The translations under genes were made by a program, and so were the position numbers. Positions 1 through 8,791 of a stretch of 64,000 bases of DNA are shown here, in pieces; position 1 is the first letter of the stretch, and the number at the start of each line of letters is the position of its first letter. Under the pieces are notes generated by a model. It ran no database searches. It was given only the letters and a program-made list of their open reading frames with translations, and was not told where the DNA came from. Source of the DNA: a virus (lineage: Duplodnaviria; Caudoviricetes); IMG/VR virus record IMGVR_UViG_3300050507_000132, positions 15,197-79,196 of that record; one strand, written 5' to 3'.

Positions 1-701
1 TAGTCGTCCACGCCCTTCACCGGCACGCTGGAGCCGTCCTCGCGCTCCACGCTCGCCGGAACGATCAGGTACAGCACGCGGGCGCCCTTGCTCTCCAGCC
101 ACTTGCCGAAGCGCTGCATCGCCAGCAGTACGTTGCGCTTTTCCCGCGCGTCGGAATCGAAGCAGACGACGACGCTCCGGCCCGCGAGGGGGATGTCCTC
201 CCAGTCGCCCAGGGTCCCGTGCTTGCTGCGCCAGTTGAACACTCCGGTCAGCGTGATGACCGGCTTGCCGAAGCTGGCCAGGCAGTCCGCCTTCTTGATG
301 CCCTCCGTCACCCACAGGGGCGACGTCGGATCCCGCACCATGTCCGCCACCGACGGCGGCACGTCCAGGTGATTCGGCACGCCGGACTGGGAGGCGTACT
401 TCTGGCGCTTGCCGCCCGGAGCCTCCTGCGGGATCGCAGGCTTGAACTGAACCCCGATCTCCTCGCCGGTCACCCGGTACATCGGCAGCAGCAGCGCCGG
501 GAACGCCATCGCGTCCCGCCAGGCCCATCGCGGCACCCGTAGCGCTTTGAGCCGGGCGCGGGTCTCCTCGGTGTCGTGCAGGGTCTCGTAGCGCCGGGCG
601 TCGCGCACGGCGTCGCTGATGCAGCTCTCCTCCAGCTCACGCTGATGGCCGGGCATCAGGTCCGGGGGCGCAGCGGTCCCCGGTTCGTCCACAGTGGTCA
701 C
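1..701 (-). CDS. DUF3854-type TOPRIM DNA primase, N-terminal part (runs off window start)
   Basis: Manual translation from GTG at 701 (RBS GACCAAGGAG): ...QKYASQSG...LDVPP...LWVTEGIKKADCLAS...ITLTGVFNW...VVVCFDSDA...KGVDDY, with TOPRIM E and DxD motifs. Absent from the ORF track because it is truncated. Confidence 0.8.
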   Translation of the reverse strand, partial: MTTVDEPGTAAPPDLMPGHQRELEESCISDAVRDARRYETLHDTEETRARLKALRVPRWAWRDAMAFPALLLPMYRVTGEEIGVQFKPAIPQEAPGGKRQKYASQSGVPNHLDVPPSVADMVRDPTSPLWVTEGIKKADCLASFGKPVITLTGVFNWRSKHGTLGDWEDIPLAGRSVVVCFDSDAREKRNVLLAMQRFGKWLESKGARVLYLIVPASVEREDGSSVPVKGVDD

Positions 702-757
702 GGTTCGGTGCTCCTTGGTCTAGTCGTGCAGTCCGGCCTGGTGTCCGCCCGGATCGG

Positions 758-1240
758 TCATCGCAGCCCCCTCTTCCGCCTCGGTCGGCGTCCCGCCGGA
801 TCCGTGCCGTCGAACCGTGCCGAACTCGCCGCGTCCCAGGCCGCCGCGTACTCGGGCGCCTGCCACAACCGGTGCACGTCGGCCACCGTCCCGTCCGGCA
901 TCCACACCCGTGCGTTGTGCGCTGCTGCGCAGTCGTCGCCCCGCCGGTGCATGCCCCTGACGGTGAAGAGCATGAGACCACTACTTCGCGCCAGCTCCAA
1001 CCAGCGCGGGTCGTCCACCGTGTCGACCGGAGGCTTCACCTCGAGCCAGACCTGGACTCCGTTCGGACCCGTCACGCGGAAGTCGCACAGGTAGCCGCCC
1101 GTGGACGTGTGCACGCCCTCCGGCTCGTACTCCCAGCCGAACCCCGCCTCGGTCAGAAAAGTTGCCCAGCGGGCCTCAAGCCTTGAGCGGAACCGGCAGC
1201 CGTAGGCGCGCGTCTCGATGGCGGGGATGCGGCCGGTCAC
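758..1240 (-). CDS. PD-(D/E)XK endonuclease-like protein
   Basis: FRSRLEARWATF...WEYEPEG...YLCDF...WLEVKP motif; GTG start overlaps the stop of the upstream gene. Confidence 0.65.
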   Translation of the reverse strand: MTGRIPAIETRAYGCRFRSRLEARWATFLTEAGFGWEYEPEGVHTSTGGYLCDFRVTGPNGVQVWLEVKPPVDTVDDPRWLELARSSGLMLFTVRGMHRRGDDCAAAHNARVWMPDGTVADVHRLWQAPEYAAAWDAASSARFDGTDPAGRRPRRKRGLR

Positions 1241-1431
1241 GTGCGGGCCTCCTGCTCGAACTGCCAGTCCGCCCGGCGCCGGTTCATGACGTCGACCCGA
1301 CGGGAGTGTCCGTGCCCCAGGAGCAGGCCGCTGCCTGTACGGGTGACACATGGTTCGCCTCGCTGTGCCTTGCAGGTCGGGCATGCTCGGTCCGTCAGTT
1401 CCGGGCGGCCGGTCATGGGCGGGCCGCCCAC
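1237..1431 (-). CDS. small Zn-finger protein
   Basis: CPTCKAQRGEPC...H motif; overlaps neighbouring genes. Confidence 0.5.
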   Translation of the reverse strand: MGGPPMTGRPELTDRACPTCKAQRGEPCVTRTGSGLLLGHGHSRRVDVMNRRRADWQFEQEART

Positions 1432-1709
1432 GCCTGGCCCCAGGTCACTGTGCAGCCCGGGAACGCGATGCAGGTGTCCTCGTCCCGGGCGGGCAGCGTG
1501 AACTGGTGATTGTGGTTGTCCGTCGTCCCCCGCAGCACGGTTTCCGACCAGATGATCTGAGGTGCGTCGTCCCGGTCGAACAGGGCGTCGTCGAACCAGG
1601 TCCGAATCTGTCCGGCCATCTCCTGGTCGTCGTAGTACGGCTCGCCGCGCCCGGCTTCGTCGGGCCGGTTGTTCGTCCGGACAGTGAGCCGGACGTGGTA
1701 CTCCCTCAT
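1413..1709 (-). CDS. hypothetical protein
   Basis: ATGA-type overlap with the upstream HTH gene; GC3-rich codons. Confidence 0.55.
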   Translation of the reverse strand: MREYHVRLTVRTNNRPDEAGRGEPYYDDQEMAGQIRTWFDDALFDRDDAPQIIWSETVLRGTTDNHNHQFTLPARDEDTCIAFPGCTVTWGQAWAARP

Positions 1710-1900
1710 GCCTGCGCTCCGGTCTTCTGCGGAGTGACCAGTCCCTCTACTTCGGCTTCGTCCAGTCGGACACGGTGAGAACGCTCGGTCTGGATCGTGT
1801 AGCGGGTCAGCCGTCCGTCGCGCAGCATCGCGCGGACCGTACGGTCGTGCACGCGCAGCCGGGCCGCAGCTTCCCGGACCGTGAGATAACGCAGGGGCAT
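1706..1900 (-). CDS. excisionase-like/MerR-like HTH DNA-binding protein
   Basis: YLTVREAAARLRVHDRTVRAMLRDGRL (HTH_17 type); RBS AAGGAGG before ATG 1900. Confidence 0.8.
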   Translation of the reverse strand: MPLRYLTVREAAARLRVHDRTVRAMLRDGRLTRYTIQTERSHRVRLDEAEVEGLVTPQKTGAQA

Positions 1901-2010
1901 CGCTTCCTCCTTGTCAAGGGACGTACAAACGCTCATACCCCGATGTGTGTAGTTGTACGCCCGAGGGTACACTCCACCCCAGGACCACCGGACCACGGAA
2001 GGAGAGCTCT

Positions 2011-2214
2011 ATGGCCTCGACCCTGGAACGCATGCTCAAGATCTTCAATGCGGTGCTGCGTGCGGAGCTGACCGGCAGCGAGGAGGACGTCCGGGCCGCG
2101 CTCGATGTACTCGACGAGTCCGAGGCGTCGCGCCTGCACAATGCCCTGTACAACATCAGCGAGCTGGCCGAGGCTCAGCGCAAGCGGCTGCACCGGGTGC
2201 GGGGGCTGTCATGA
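2011..2214 (+). CDS. hypothetical protein, first gene of the rightward operon
   Basis: RBS AAGGAG, ATG 2011; divergent from the HTH gene. Confidence 0.6.
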   Translation: MASTLERMLKIFNAVLRAELTGSEEDVRAALDVLDESEASRLHNALYNISELAEAQRKRLHRVRGLS

Positions 2215-2423
2215 GTGACCTCGTCCGTACGACGATCAACCTCAAACCCAGGGCGGCCGTCGCTCTGGAGCACACGCAGGCCCGCATGCAGGAGAACACC
2301 ACCGATGCTGTGAACTCGGCGGTCGTGCTGCGGGACTGGCTGACCGAGCAGATGGCCGAAGGCGCGGTGCTCATGATCCGCAACCCGGCCGACGGCGAGG
2401 AGATCAGGGTGGTGATCCTGTGA
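2211..2423 (+). CDS. small putative DNA-binding (RHH-like) protein
   Basis: RTTINLKPRAAVALE...TDAVNSAV; ATGA overlap. Confidence 0.5.
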   Translation: MSDLVRTTINLKPRAAVALEHTQARMQENTTDAVNSAVVLRDWLTEQMAEGAVLMIRNPADGEEIRVVIL

Positions 2424-2752
2424 GCGCACGCGCATGCCCCGTCAGCACGTCCTGCGGAGCCATCGAGGGCTGGGAGCAGTTCCTGTCCCACATCTACGTC
2501 CACCACACCGAAGGATCCGCCGACGCACGCATGATGGCCGTGCAGCGGATCCTGGCCGAGGGGCCGGGCGCGCGCGAGCAGATGATCGTCCCCAAGGTCA
2601 CCGCCAACACCCTCACCCATGCGCTGTGGGCTCTCGCGCACGACGACCGTGCACGGGCCCGGGAGCTGGTAGGGACCATGGGTACATCCGAGCGCCGGGC
2701 CTACCTCGCCCTGCTGACCGAGCTGATCAACATGCTGTGGAGCGAATCATGA
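2420..2752 (+). CDS. hypothetical protein
   Basis: GTGA overlap within the operon. Confidence 0.55.
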   Translation: MSARACPVSTSCGAIEGWEQFLSHIYVHHTEGSADARMMAVQRILAEGPGAREQMIVPKVTANTLTHALWALAHDDRARARELVGTMGTSERRAYLALLTELINMLWSES

Positions 2753-2943
2753 CCGGAGAGTGCAACGGCATCTGCCTGTCGGCCGCCGACATAGGCGTAC
2801 CCGAAGCGGGCGACGTAATCGCCTACGCGCACCCCGACTGCCCGGAGCACGGCGATCCGCTGGAGAACGATCCGGCCGCCGACGTGTGCTCGGGTGGCGA
2901 CGAGTCGCTCCGCTATGTACGTGAGGAGGACGTGACGTCATGA
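2749..2943 (+). CDS. small Cys/His-rich hypothetical protein
   Basis: MTGECNGIC...HPDCPEH; ATGA overlaps. Confidence 0.5.
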   Translation: MTGECNGICLSAADIGVPEAGDVIAYAHPDCPEHGDPLENDPAADVCSGGDESLRYVREEDVTS

Positions 2944-3317
2944 CCTCTCACGGTGCGGACACCACACGGCACGCCGGAGACGAACTGGACTGTCCGGCGT
3001 GCCGAGTGGACCTTCTGGAGGCGTTCAGGGAGCCGGTGTCCGCACCGTCCGCCCCTCACCTGCGAGGCTGGTTCACCCCGGCATCGTCGGTGCCCGAACC
3101 CGGCGTGCACGCCGTACGGACCACGGTGGACGTCACGCTGGCGATGACCTACGGCGCCTGGTCGGTCACGTGTTCGTGCGGCTGGAGCAAGTGTGGCATC
3201 GTCTCTCGCGGCGACGTCCCCCGTGATGCCTTCCAGGGACACCTCGACCGGACAGCCCGGCTGTGGGCTGCTCGTCACCTCGACAATCCCCTGATGAACG
3301 GAACCGAAGACCAATGA
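2940..3317 (+). CDS. hypothetical protein with CxxC/CxC motifs
   Basis: ATGA overlaps at both ends. Confidence 0.55.
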   Translation: MTSHGADTTRHAGDELDCPACRVDLLEAFREPVSAPSAPHLRGWFTPASSVPEPGVHAVRTTVDVTLAMTYGAWSVTCSCGWSKCGIVSRGDVPRDAFQGHLDRTARLWAARHLDNPLMNGTEDQ

Positions 3318-3502
3318 CCAGGTACCGCGTCAGCATCACTGCTCCGGGCATCCCGCTCGGACAGCGGCTGCGTCTGTGGGTGATCGCTCTGCGGCTCATC
3401 TGGTTCGACATGCACGCGACCCCCGCGCAGCGTGAAGCCATGTACCGCCGTCTGGAAGCAGGCGGCGCCCGAGTGATCCGAGGGAAGATCAATGACCAGT
3501 GA
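3314..3502 (+). CDS. hypothetical protein
   Basis: Coupled to neighbouring genes. Confidence 0.45.
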   Translation: MTRYRVSITAPGIPLGQRLRLWVIALRLIWFDMHATPAQREAMYRRLEAGGARVIRGKINDQ

Positions 3503-3737
3503 AGACGCCGTATACGCCGACTGGCTGAACCTGCTCGGCAGCGACGAGATCACCGACCGCACGCCGGTCATCCTGACCGATCTGCACCGCATGCATGACG
3601 CGGCCGAGGCGAGTCACGACCCCATGTGCGTCTGCACGCACCCCCTCTCGTCCCACAACCTGAACCGGCTGTGCATCGCGCTGCCCGGAGTCATTGGTTG
3701 CGGCTGCCTGGGGTTCTTGGAGGCGAGCCATGGCTGA
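3492..3737 (+). CDS. small Cys-rich protein
   Basis: CVCTH...H...C...CGC motif. Confidence 0.55.
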   Translation: MTSEDAVYADWLNLLGSDEITDRTPVILTDLHRMHDAAEASHDPMCVCTHPLSSHNLNRLCIALPGVIGCGCLGFLEASHG

Positions 3738-4152
3738 CTGGCTGATCGAGTACGGCTCGTGGTGCCTGGCGCCGTTCGGACTGCTCGGCATGTACGTGGT
3801 CGGCCTCAAGAGGCGTTGGGGCTGGGTGCTGGGCATGGCCACCCAGTCCCTGTGGGCGTTCTACGCCGTAGGCACCGGCCAGTACGGCTTCCTGATCGGG
3901 ACGGCCAGTTACTTCGCGGTCTACCTGCGTAACTGGCTGCGCTGGCGCACCCCGGCCGTCCCGTGCCCCTCACGCTCACGCACCGGCCGCCCGTGCGCCT
4001 ACGAGCTAGGTCATACCACCCGGCACGGAGATCCGCATGCCGGAGCATCGGGTATCAACTGGGACGACTCCGAGTCCGGGATTGTCTGCCACGACGAAGA
4101 GACCTGTCCCTGCCCCAACTGCACCCGCATCCGAGAGGGGGCCGCCGCATGA
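3730..4152 (+). CDS. membrane protein with PnuC-like N-terminus
   Basis: FGLLGMYVVGLKRRWGWVLG...LWAFYA...QYGF hydrophobic segments; Cys-rich tail. Confidence 0.5.
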   Translation: MADWLIEYGSWCLAPFGLLGMYVVGLKRRWGWVLGMATQSLWAFYAVGTGQYGFLIGTASYFAVYLRNWLRWRTPAVPCPSRSRTGRPCAYELGHTTRHGDPHAGASGINWDDSESGIVCHDEETCPCPNCTRIREGAAA

Positions 4153-4457
4153 ACCGCGCCGTGGAAGCCCTCCGGGCCGTGTTCGAGAACATGGACTCCA
4201 CCGGCCGGGCCGGAGACGAGTGGGCGTACGAGTGGGTGCAGGAGGCATGGCCCGAGCTGGTTCCACTGGATCTGCGGGTGGCCGCCGGAGATCCCGGCGC
4301 GGCCGAGGACCCGGCGGCCACCCCCTGTCCGAACCCGGAGTGTCCGCACCTCCTCGCCCTGCACGACACCGAGGGGTGCACGGTGACCGTGCCGTGTGAC
4401 GACCCGGACTTCGGTCCTACCATGACCTGCCCCTGCTGCGAGAGGTGGACGCCGTGA
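4149..4457 (+). CDS. hypothetical protein with Zn-binding motif
   Basis: ATGA overlap; CPNPECPH...H...C...CPC. Confidence 0.55.
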   Translation: MNRAVEALRAVFENMDSTGRAGDEWAYEWVQEAWPELVPLDLRVAAGDPGAAEDPAATPCPNPECPHLLALHDTEGCTVTVPCDDPDFGPTMTCPCCERWTP

Positions 4458-4939
4458 GCCGCGTACGGATCGTGCCCGAGTACCCCGGACTGGTGATAGC
4501 AGACGACGGCCGGATACAGGGCCCGTCAGGGAAGTGGCTCAAGATGTCCCCATCGCCCATGTACATGTCGTTCAGCATCTACCGGCCGGGCCGGACCCCG
4601 GGGCGAGGCTGGACCCACGTCGCTGTGTGCACGGCGTTCCACGGCCCGAAGCCGACCCCGGAGCACGAGGTGGCCCACTGCAATGGGAACCCCCTGGACA
4701 ACCGGGCTGACAATCTCCGGTGGGCCACCCGGCAAGAGAACGCGAGGGATGCGGTACGTCACGGGACGTGGACCCGGGGTGAGAGGCAGGGGCACTCCCG
4801 GCTGACGGCCGTTGAGGTCATTCAGATCCGGGCCCGGAAGGCTCAGGGGGAGAGCCTGGATGCTCTGGCACTGGCCTACGGGGTGCACCGGGCGACCATC
4901 GCAGACGTAGTGAAGCGCCGGTCTTGGAGGCACATCTGA
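4454..4939 (+). CDS. HNH homing endonuclease
   Basis: HVAVCTAFHG...VAHCNGNPLDNRADNLRWATRQEN plus a C-terminal HTH. Confidence 0.9.
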   Translation: MSRVRIVPEYPGLVIADDGRIQGPSGKWLKMSPSPMYMSFSIYRPGRTPGRGWTHVAVCTAFHGPKPTPEHEVAHCNGNPLDNRADNLRWATRQENARDAVRHGTWTRGERQGHSRLTAVEVIQIRARKAQGESLDALALAYGVHRATIADVVKRRSWRHI

Positions 4940-6627
4940 TGGTCCATGATCTTCTGCGTCTGCGCGAGTACCAGCGCCAAGCAGTCGACGCCGTGCACAA
5001 GGCCCACGATGAGGGCATGCAGCGTCCGGCGGTCGTCATGGCTACCGGCCTGGGCAAGACCGTCATCCTGAGCCACCTCGCAGCCGAGCACATCGAACGG
5101 CGCGGCAGCCGAGTGGTCGTGCTCGTGCACCGTGACGAACTAGTGAACCAGACCCTGGACAAGCTGGCATCGGTCGCCCCGCACCTGAGCCTCGGGCGTG
5201 TCAAGGCTGCGGATAATGAGCTGACGGCCGACGTGATGGTCTGCTCGGTACAGACCCTCGCCCGGGAAAATCGGATGAACGCCCTTCTGGACGCACAGAC
5301 GTATGCCGGGCCAGTCGGCCTCACCGTGTGTGATGAGGCACATCATGCGGTCGCGACGAGTTACCGGAACGTCATGGCTGCGCTCGGATGCTACGACGGA
5401 ACCGCAGATCACCTTGCGGTCGGTTTCACGGCCACGCTCGCCCGGGGTGACGGCCGGGGACTCGGCGACGTCTGGGATGACGCGATTTTTACGAGGTCCG
5501 TTCTGTGGGGTGTGGCGAACGGCTACCTGGTGGACGTGCGGGCCCGGCAGGTCGAAATGGAAGACCTCGACCTGGGCTCGGTCAAGCGGTCCGGCGGGGA
5601 CTACCAGGCCAAGTCTCTCGGCGAGGCGATGCAGGCGGCCGGAGCTCCGGAGCTGATCCGACAGGTGATCGACAAGCATGCAGCCGACCGCCGGTCCATT
5701 CTCGTGTTCGCACCGACGGTGTCCCTCGCCTGCGAGATACAGGGACACCTCTCGGCCGCAGGCATACCGGCGGCCGTCGTGCACGGCGGTACGCCCCGTG
5801 AGGAGCGGCTGGAGTTCTACGAATCGTTCCGTACCGGCCGTACCCGGGTGATCGTCAATTGCATGGTGCTGACCGAGGGGGCCGACTTCCCCTACGCGGA
5901 CTGTGCGGTGATCGCCCGGCCGACCCGTAACGAAACGCTGTTCATTCAGATGGTCGGCCGGGTACTGCGGCCGTCGCCGTCCACGGGCAAGCGGGACGCT
6001 CTCGTCCTGCTCATGTCCGACGGTGCGGGATCCATCCGTACGCTGATCGACCTCGAACCCGAAGTCGTCGTTCCCGTGCTGGACGGGGAGTCCCTCGCCG
6101 AAGCGTTCGAGCGGCAGGAGGAGATCCGCGAGCAGCAGAACGCCGACCGGGCAGCCGGGGAGAAGGCTCGGCCGCTCAGGCTTCAGCTCAAGACACGCGA
6201 CCTGGACCTGTTCCGGTCGTCTCCGGCGTACCAGTGGCTGCGCACGACGAAGGGGGTTCAGTTCATCCCTCTCGGAGGCGTGGGAGAGATCATGCTGTGG
6301 CCGTCCGAACAGGCGGGTCTGTGGGACGTCGTGCACGCCCCGGAGGATCCCGCCACCCGTCGCCGCAGCAAGTGGATGCGCCTGCACACCGGCCTGGAGC
6401 TGGGCATGGCCATGGCCTGGGGGGAGTCGGAGGCCGAAGAGCTCTCGGCCCTCAACACCGGCAAGAACGCATCATGGCGCAAGAGGCGGGCCAGCGAGGC
6501 ACAGCTCAACTACGCCCGGCGTCTGGGGTTCGAGGTCGAGCCGGAGATGCGCGCGGGCGAGGTCGGAGACATGATCTCCACCGGTGTGGCGAGTCGGCAT
6601 ATCGACCGCTACGCACAGCACCTGTGA
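4939..6627 (+). CDS. SF2 DExH helicase
   Basis: Walker A MATGLGKT, DEAHH, GFTAT, VLTEGADFP, QMVGRVLR. Confidence 0.93.
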   Translation: MVHDLLRLREYQRQAVDAVHKAHDEGMQRPAVVMATGLGKTVILSHLAAEHIERRGSRVVVLVHRDELVNQTLDKLASVAPHLSLGRVKAADNELTADVMVCSVQTLARENRMNALLDAQTYAGPVGLTVCDEAHHAVATSYRNVMAALGCYDGTADHLAVGFTATLARGDGRGLGDVWDDAIFTRSVLWGVANGYLVDVRARQVEMEDLDLGSVKRSGGDYQAKSLGEAMQAAGAPELIRQVIDKHAADRRSILVFAPTVSLACEIQGHLSAAGIPAAVVHGGTPREERLEFYESFRTGRTRVIVNCMVLTEGADFPYADCAVIARPTRNETLFIQMVGRVLRPSPSTGKRDALVLLMSDGAGSIRTLIDLEPEVVVPVLDGESLAEAFERQEEIREQQNADRAAGEKARPLRLQLKTRDLDLFRSSPAYQWLRTTKGVQFIPLGGVGEIMLWPSEQAGLWDVVHAPEDPATRRRSKWMRLHTGLELGMAMAWGESEAEELSALNTGKNASWRKRRASEAQLNYARRLGFEVEPEMRAGEVGDMISTGVASRHIDRYAQHL

Positions 6628-6708
6628 CCGTGTACGGCCGGACCGGTTCATCGCCGGTCCGGCCGGGTAGGCTGATTTAGAAAAATCGACCAAGGAAGGA
6701 GGACCCCG

Positions 6709-7002
6709 ATGGTCAGTTACAGCGACGCACTGCGTCCGATGACCGAAGAGCGGGTCCGGCAGATCGTCCGCGAGGAGATCGCCGCTGCGTTCCGCGTTCT
6801 CGCCCGGGGAGCAGATCATCTGGACGGCTACGACGCGGCCGAACTGGACAGCCGGGCCCTGGGCAACATCGTTGACGCGGCCAACGCGACGGTTCGTCGG
6901 CTGACGTGCTCGCACGAGTACAGCTCCACCTGGGGGCCCCGGTGCTCGCGCTGCGGCGAGCCGGAGACCGTTCCCGCCGACCCGTTTGAGGAGAAGAGCT
7001 GA
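6709..7002 (+). CDS. hypothetical protein
   Basis: Strong RBS AAGGAGG; C-terminal CxH/CxxC. Confidence 0.6.
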   Translation: MVSYSDALRPMTEERVRQIVREEIAAAFRVLARGADHLDGYDAAELDSRALGNIVDAANATVRRLTCSHEYSSTWGPRCSRCGEPETVPADPFEEKS

Positions 7003-8791
7003 TGGCCCGGGGTAACTGCCGTTGCTGCACGAACGAGTACAACATCAACGCTGACGGCACGGTCCGCTACCACCTGACGGACAAGCCGGAGTGCCAGGAA
7101 TCTCCAGGCAGCCGCAAGTGCAAGGGTGTTGGCGAGATGCCTGAGGGTGCGGACCGTCCGGTCGGAGAGCCGACGGGGTACGTCTGCCGTGTTCCCGCCG
7201 GACCGGCCGGTTGCGGCCGATCGGTCCAGCTCACGGCCAACGGCCGGGCCCGCAGCCACCTGGACAACCAGGGAGCCAAGTGCGACGGCGGATCGGACTG
7301 GCCGCTGGCCGTGGACGACAAGGGCAACCGTACGGACACGGCGCCCCGTGGAGAGATCCTTCAGGCCGCCGCGTCGGAAGATCTCCGCTTCGGCTCCGAC
7401 GATCCGGTGGAGGACTTCCTGGGTACGGGCGGCTCGACGGACGACGAACCCGACCCCGTTCGGCAGCTCGGGCTGGCCGGAGCGTTCGATCCGCAGGACC
7501 CCGAAGGACCGGGCGAACCTGCGTCGGACGACCCGCACCAGCGTGAAGCGGATGCGGCTCTGCATCAGGCACGTGTCCAGGAGCTCCAGGACCAGGCTGC
7601 TGCGGCCCTCCCTGTCGGCAGCGCTCTGGAGGCCCTGATGGATCGGGCCGTGGGCGATCCGGGAACGGTTCTCGACCGGATGGACGTCCCCGGCCGGGTG
7701 ACCAACGGACTCCCACACCCCGACGCGCCCGGCCCGGCCTTCTGCGAGCACGACTTCTCCGGCCAGCATGAGGACCTCGTGGACCGGGTGTCCGCCTGCC
7801 TCAAGTGTGGACTCGTCGAGTCGGACACGCTCCCGAACGATCCGCGTGACGACGAGGACCGGGCGGACGTCCCCGGCCGGGTGACCATGGAGCTGGCCCA
7901 CGACGGCGCCGGACTGTTCGATGAGACGCACCGGATCACCGACGAGTCGGGAGTCGACTGGGTTCACCCCGGAGCAGCCGCAGATTGCCGTCTCCCGGAC
8001 TGCTGTACGCACCCGGATGGCTTCGTGTACGGGGACGACAACAAGGGCCACAGCGGCTCGTTCTGTTCCGTCTGCGGGACGGAGGAGCCCAAGCCGGATC
8101 CCGCCCCCTGGCGTACCTCGGGCGACCTCCTGGCCAAGATGCCGTCGGCTGTCAAGGACATCGCAGCTCAGGACCCGTCATGCTGGGACTGCGGCCACCC
8201 GGTGATCCCCCAGGTAGCCCGGTTCAACATGTACGGCGAACCGGAGGTTGTCACATGGGGCTGCGAGACCGGCTGCGAATACGGCTCCCGCATCCCGCAC
8301 TACGGAGCTCCGTGCCGTCCCCGGACGGCCGCTCAGACCACGGTCGGCGACCTGGACGAAGGCGCCTTGTTCGTCCGGCACACCAAGCCGGAGCCGGTCG
8401 GCTCCCTGGTCTACCGGGCGAGCGCACCGGTCATGGGTGCGCTGACGGTCACCGTTGTCAGTGCCGGACCGTACGGTGGCCGGACCGGCACGCTCACCAA
8501 TCTCAGTGAGGAGATCACATGCACAGATCTGAACGGCCGTCCCCGCCCCCGGCGGGTCCCCCCGGAGTTTTCCGCGTCGGCCCCGGTAGCAGTCCGGCCG
8601 ACCTCGAAGCCGCAGCAGCCTTCCTCTCCGGCGACCGGATCGACGACGGCCCCCGCAAAGGCCCCTGGTTCTACGCCTCCTACGACGGCGAGTGCTCCGG
8701 CTGCGATGGCGCCTTCTACGAAGACGAGCTCATCCGGGCCGACGGAGAAGGCGGATGGGAGGCACAGGAGTGCTGCGGCGATGACGACTGA
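7002..8791 (+). CDS. large Cys/His-rich protein, probably ending via the -1 frame at 8791 (see findings)
   Basis: Several CxxC/HxC units and a DRxDVPGRVT duplicate; codon bias switches frame near 8560. Confidence 0.45.

Noticed and set aside
1706-1900. Evidence for an integrative prophage with att sites
   Set aside because: An excisionase-like HTH alone is not enough; no integrase, att duplication or host flank is visible in the window.
1922-1960. Inverted repeat CGTACAA/TTGTACG in the divergent intergenic region as an operator
   Set aside because: Only a 7-bp arm, seen once, and it does not match the main palindrome; too weak to call.
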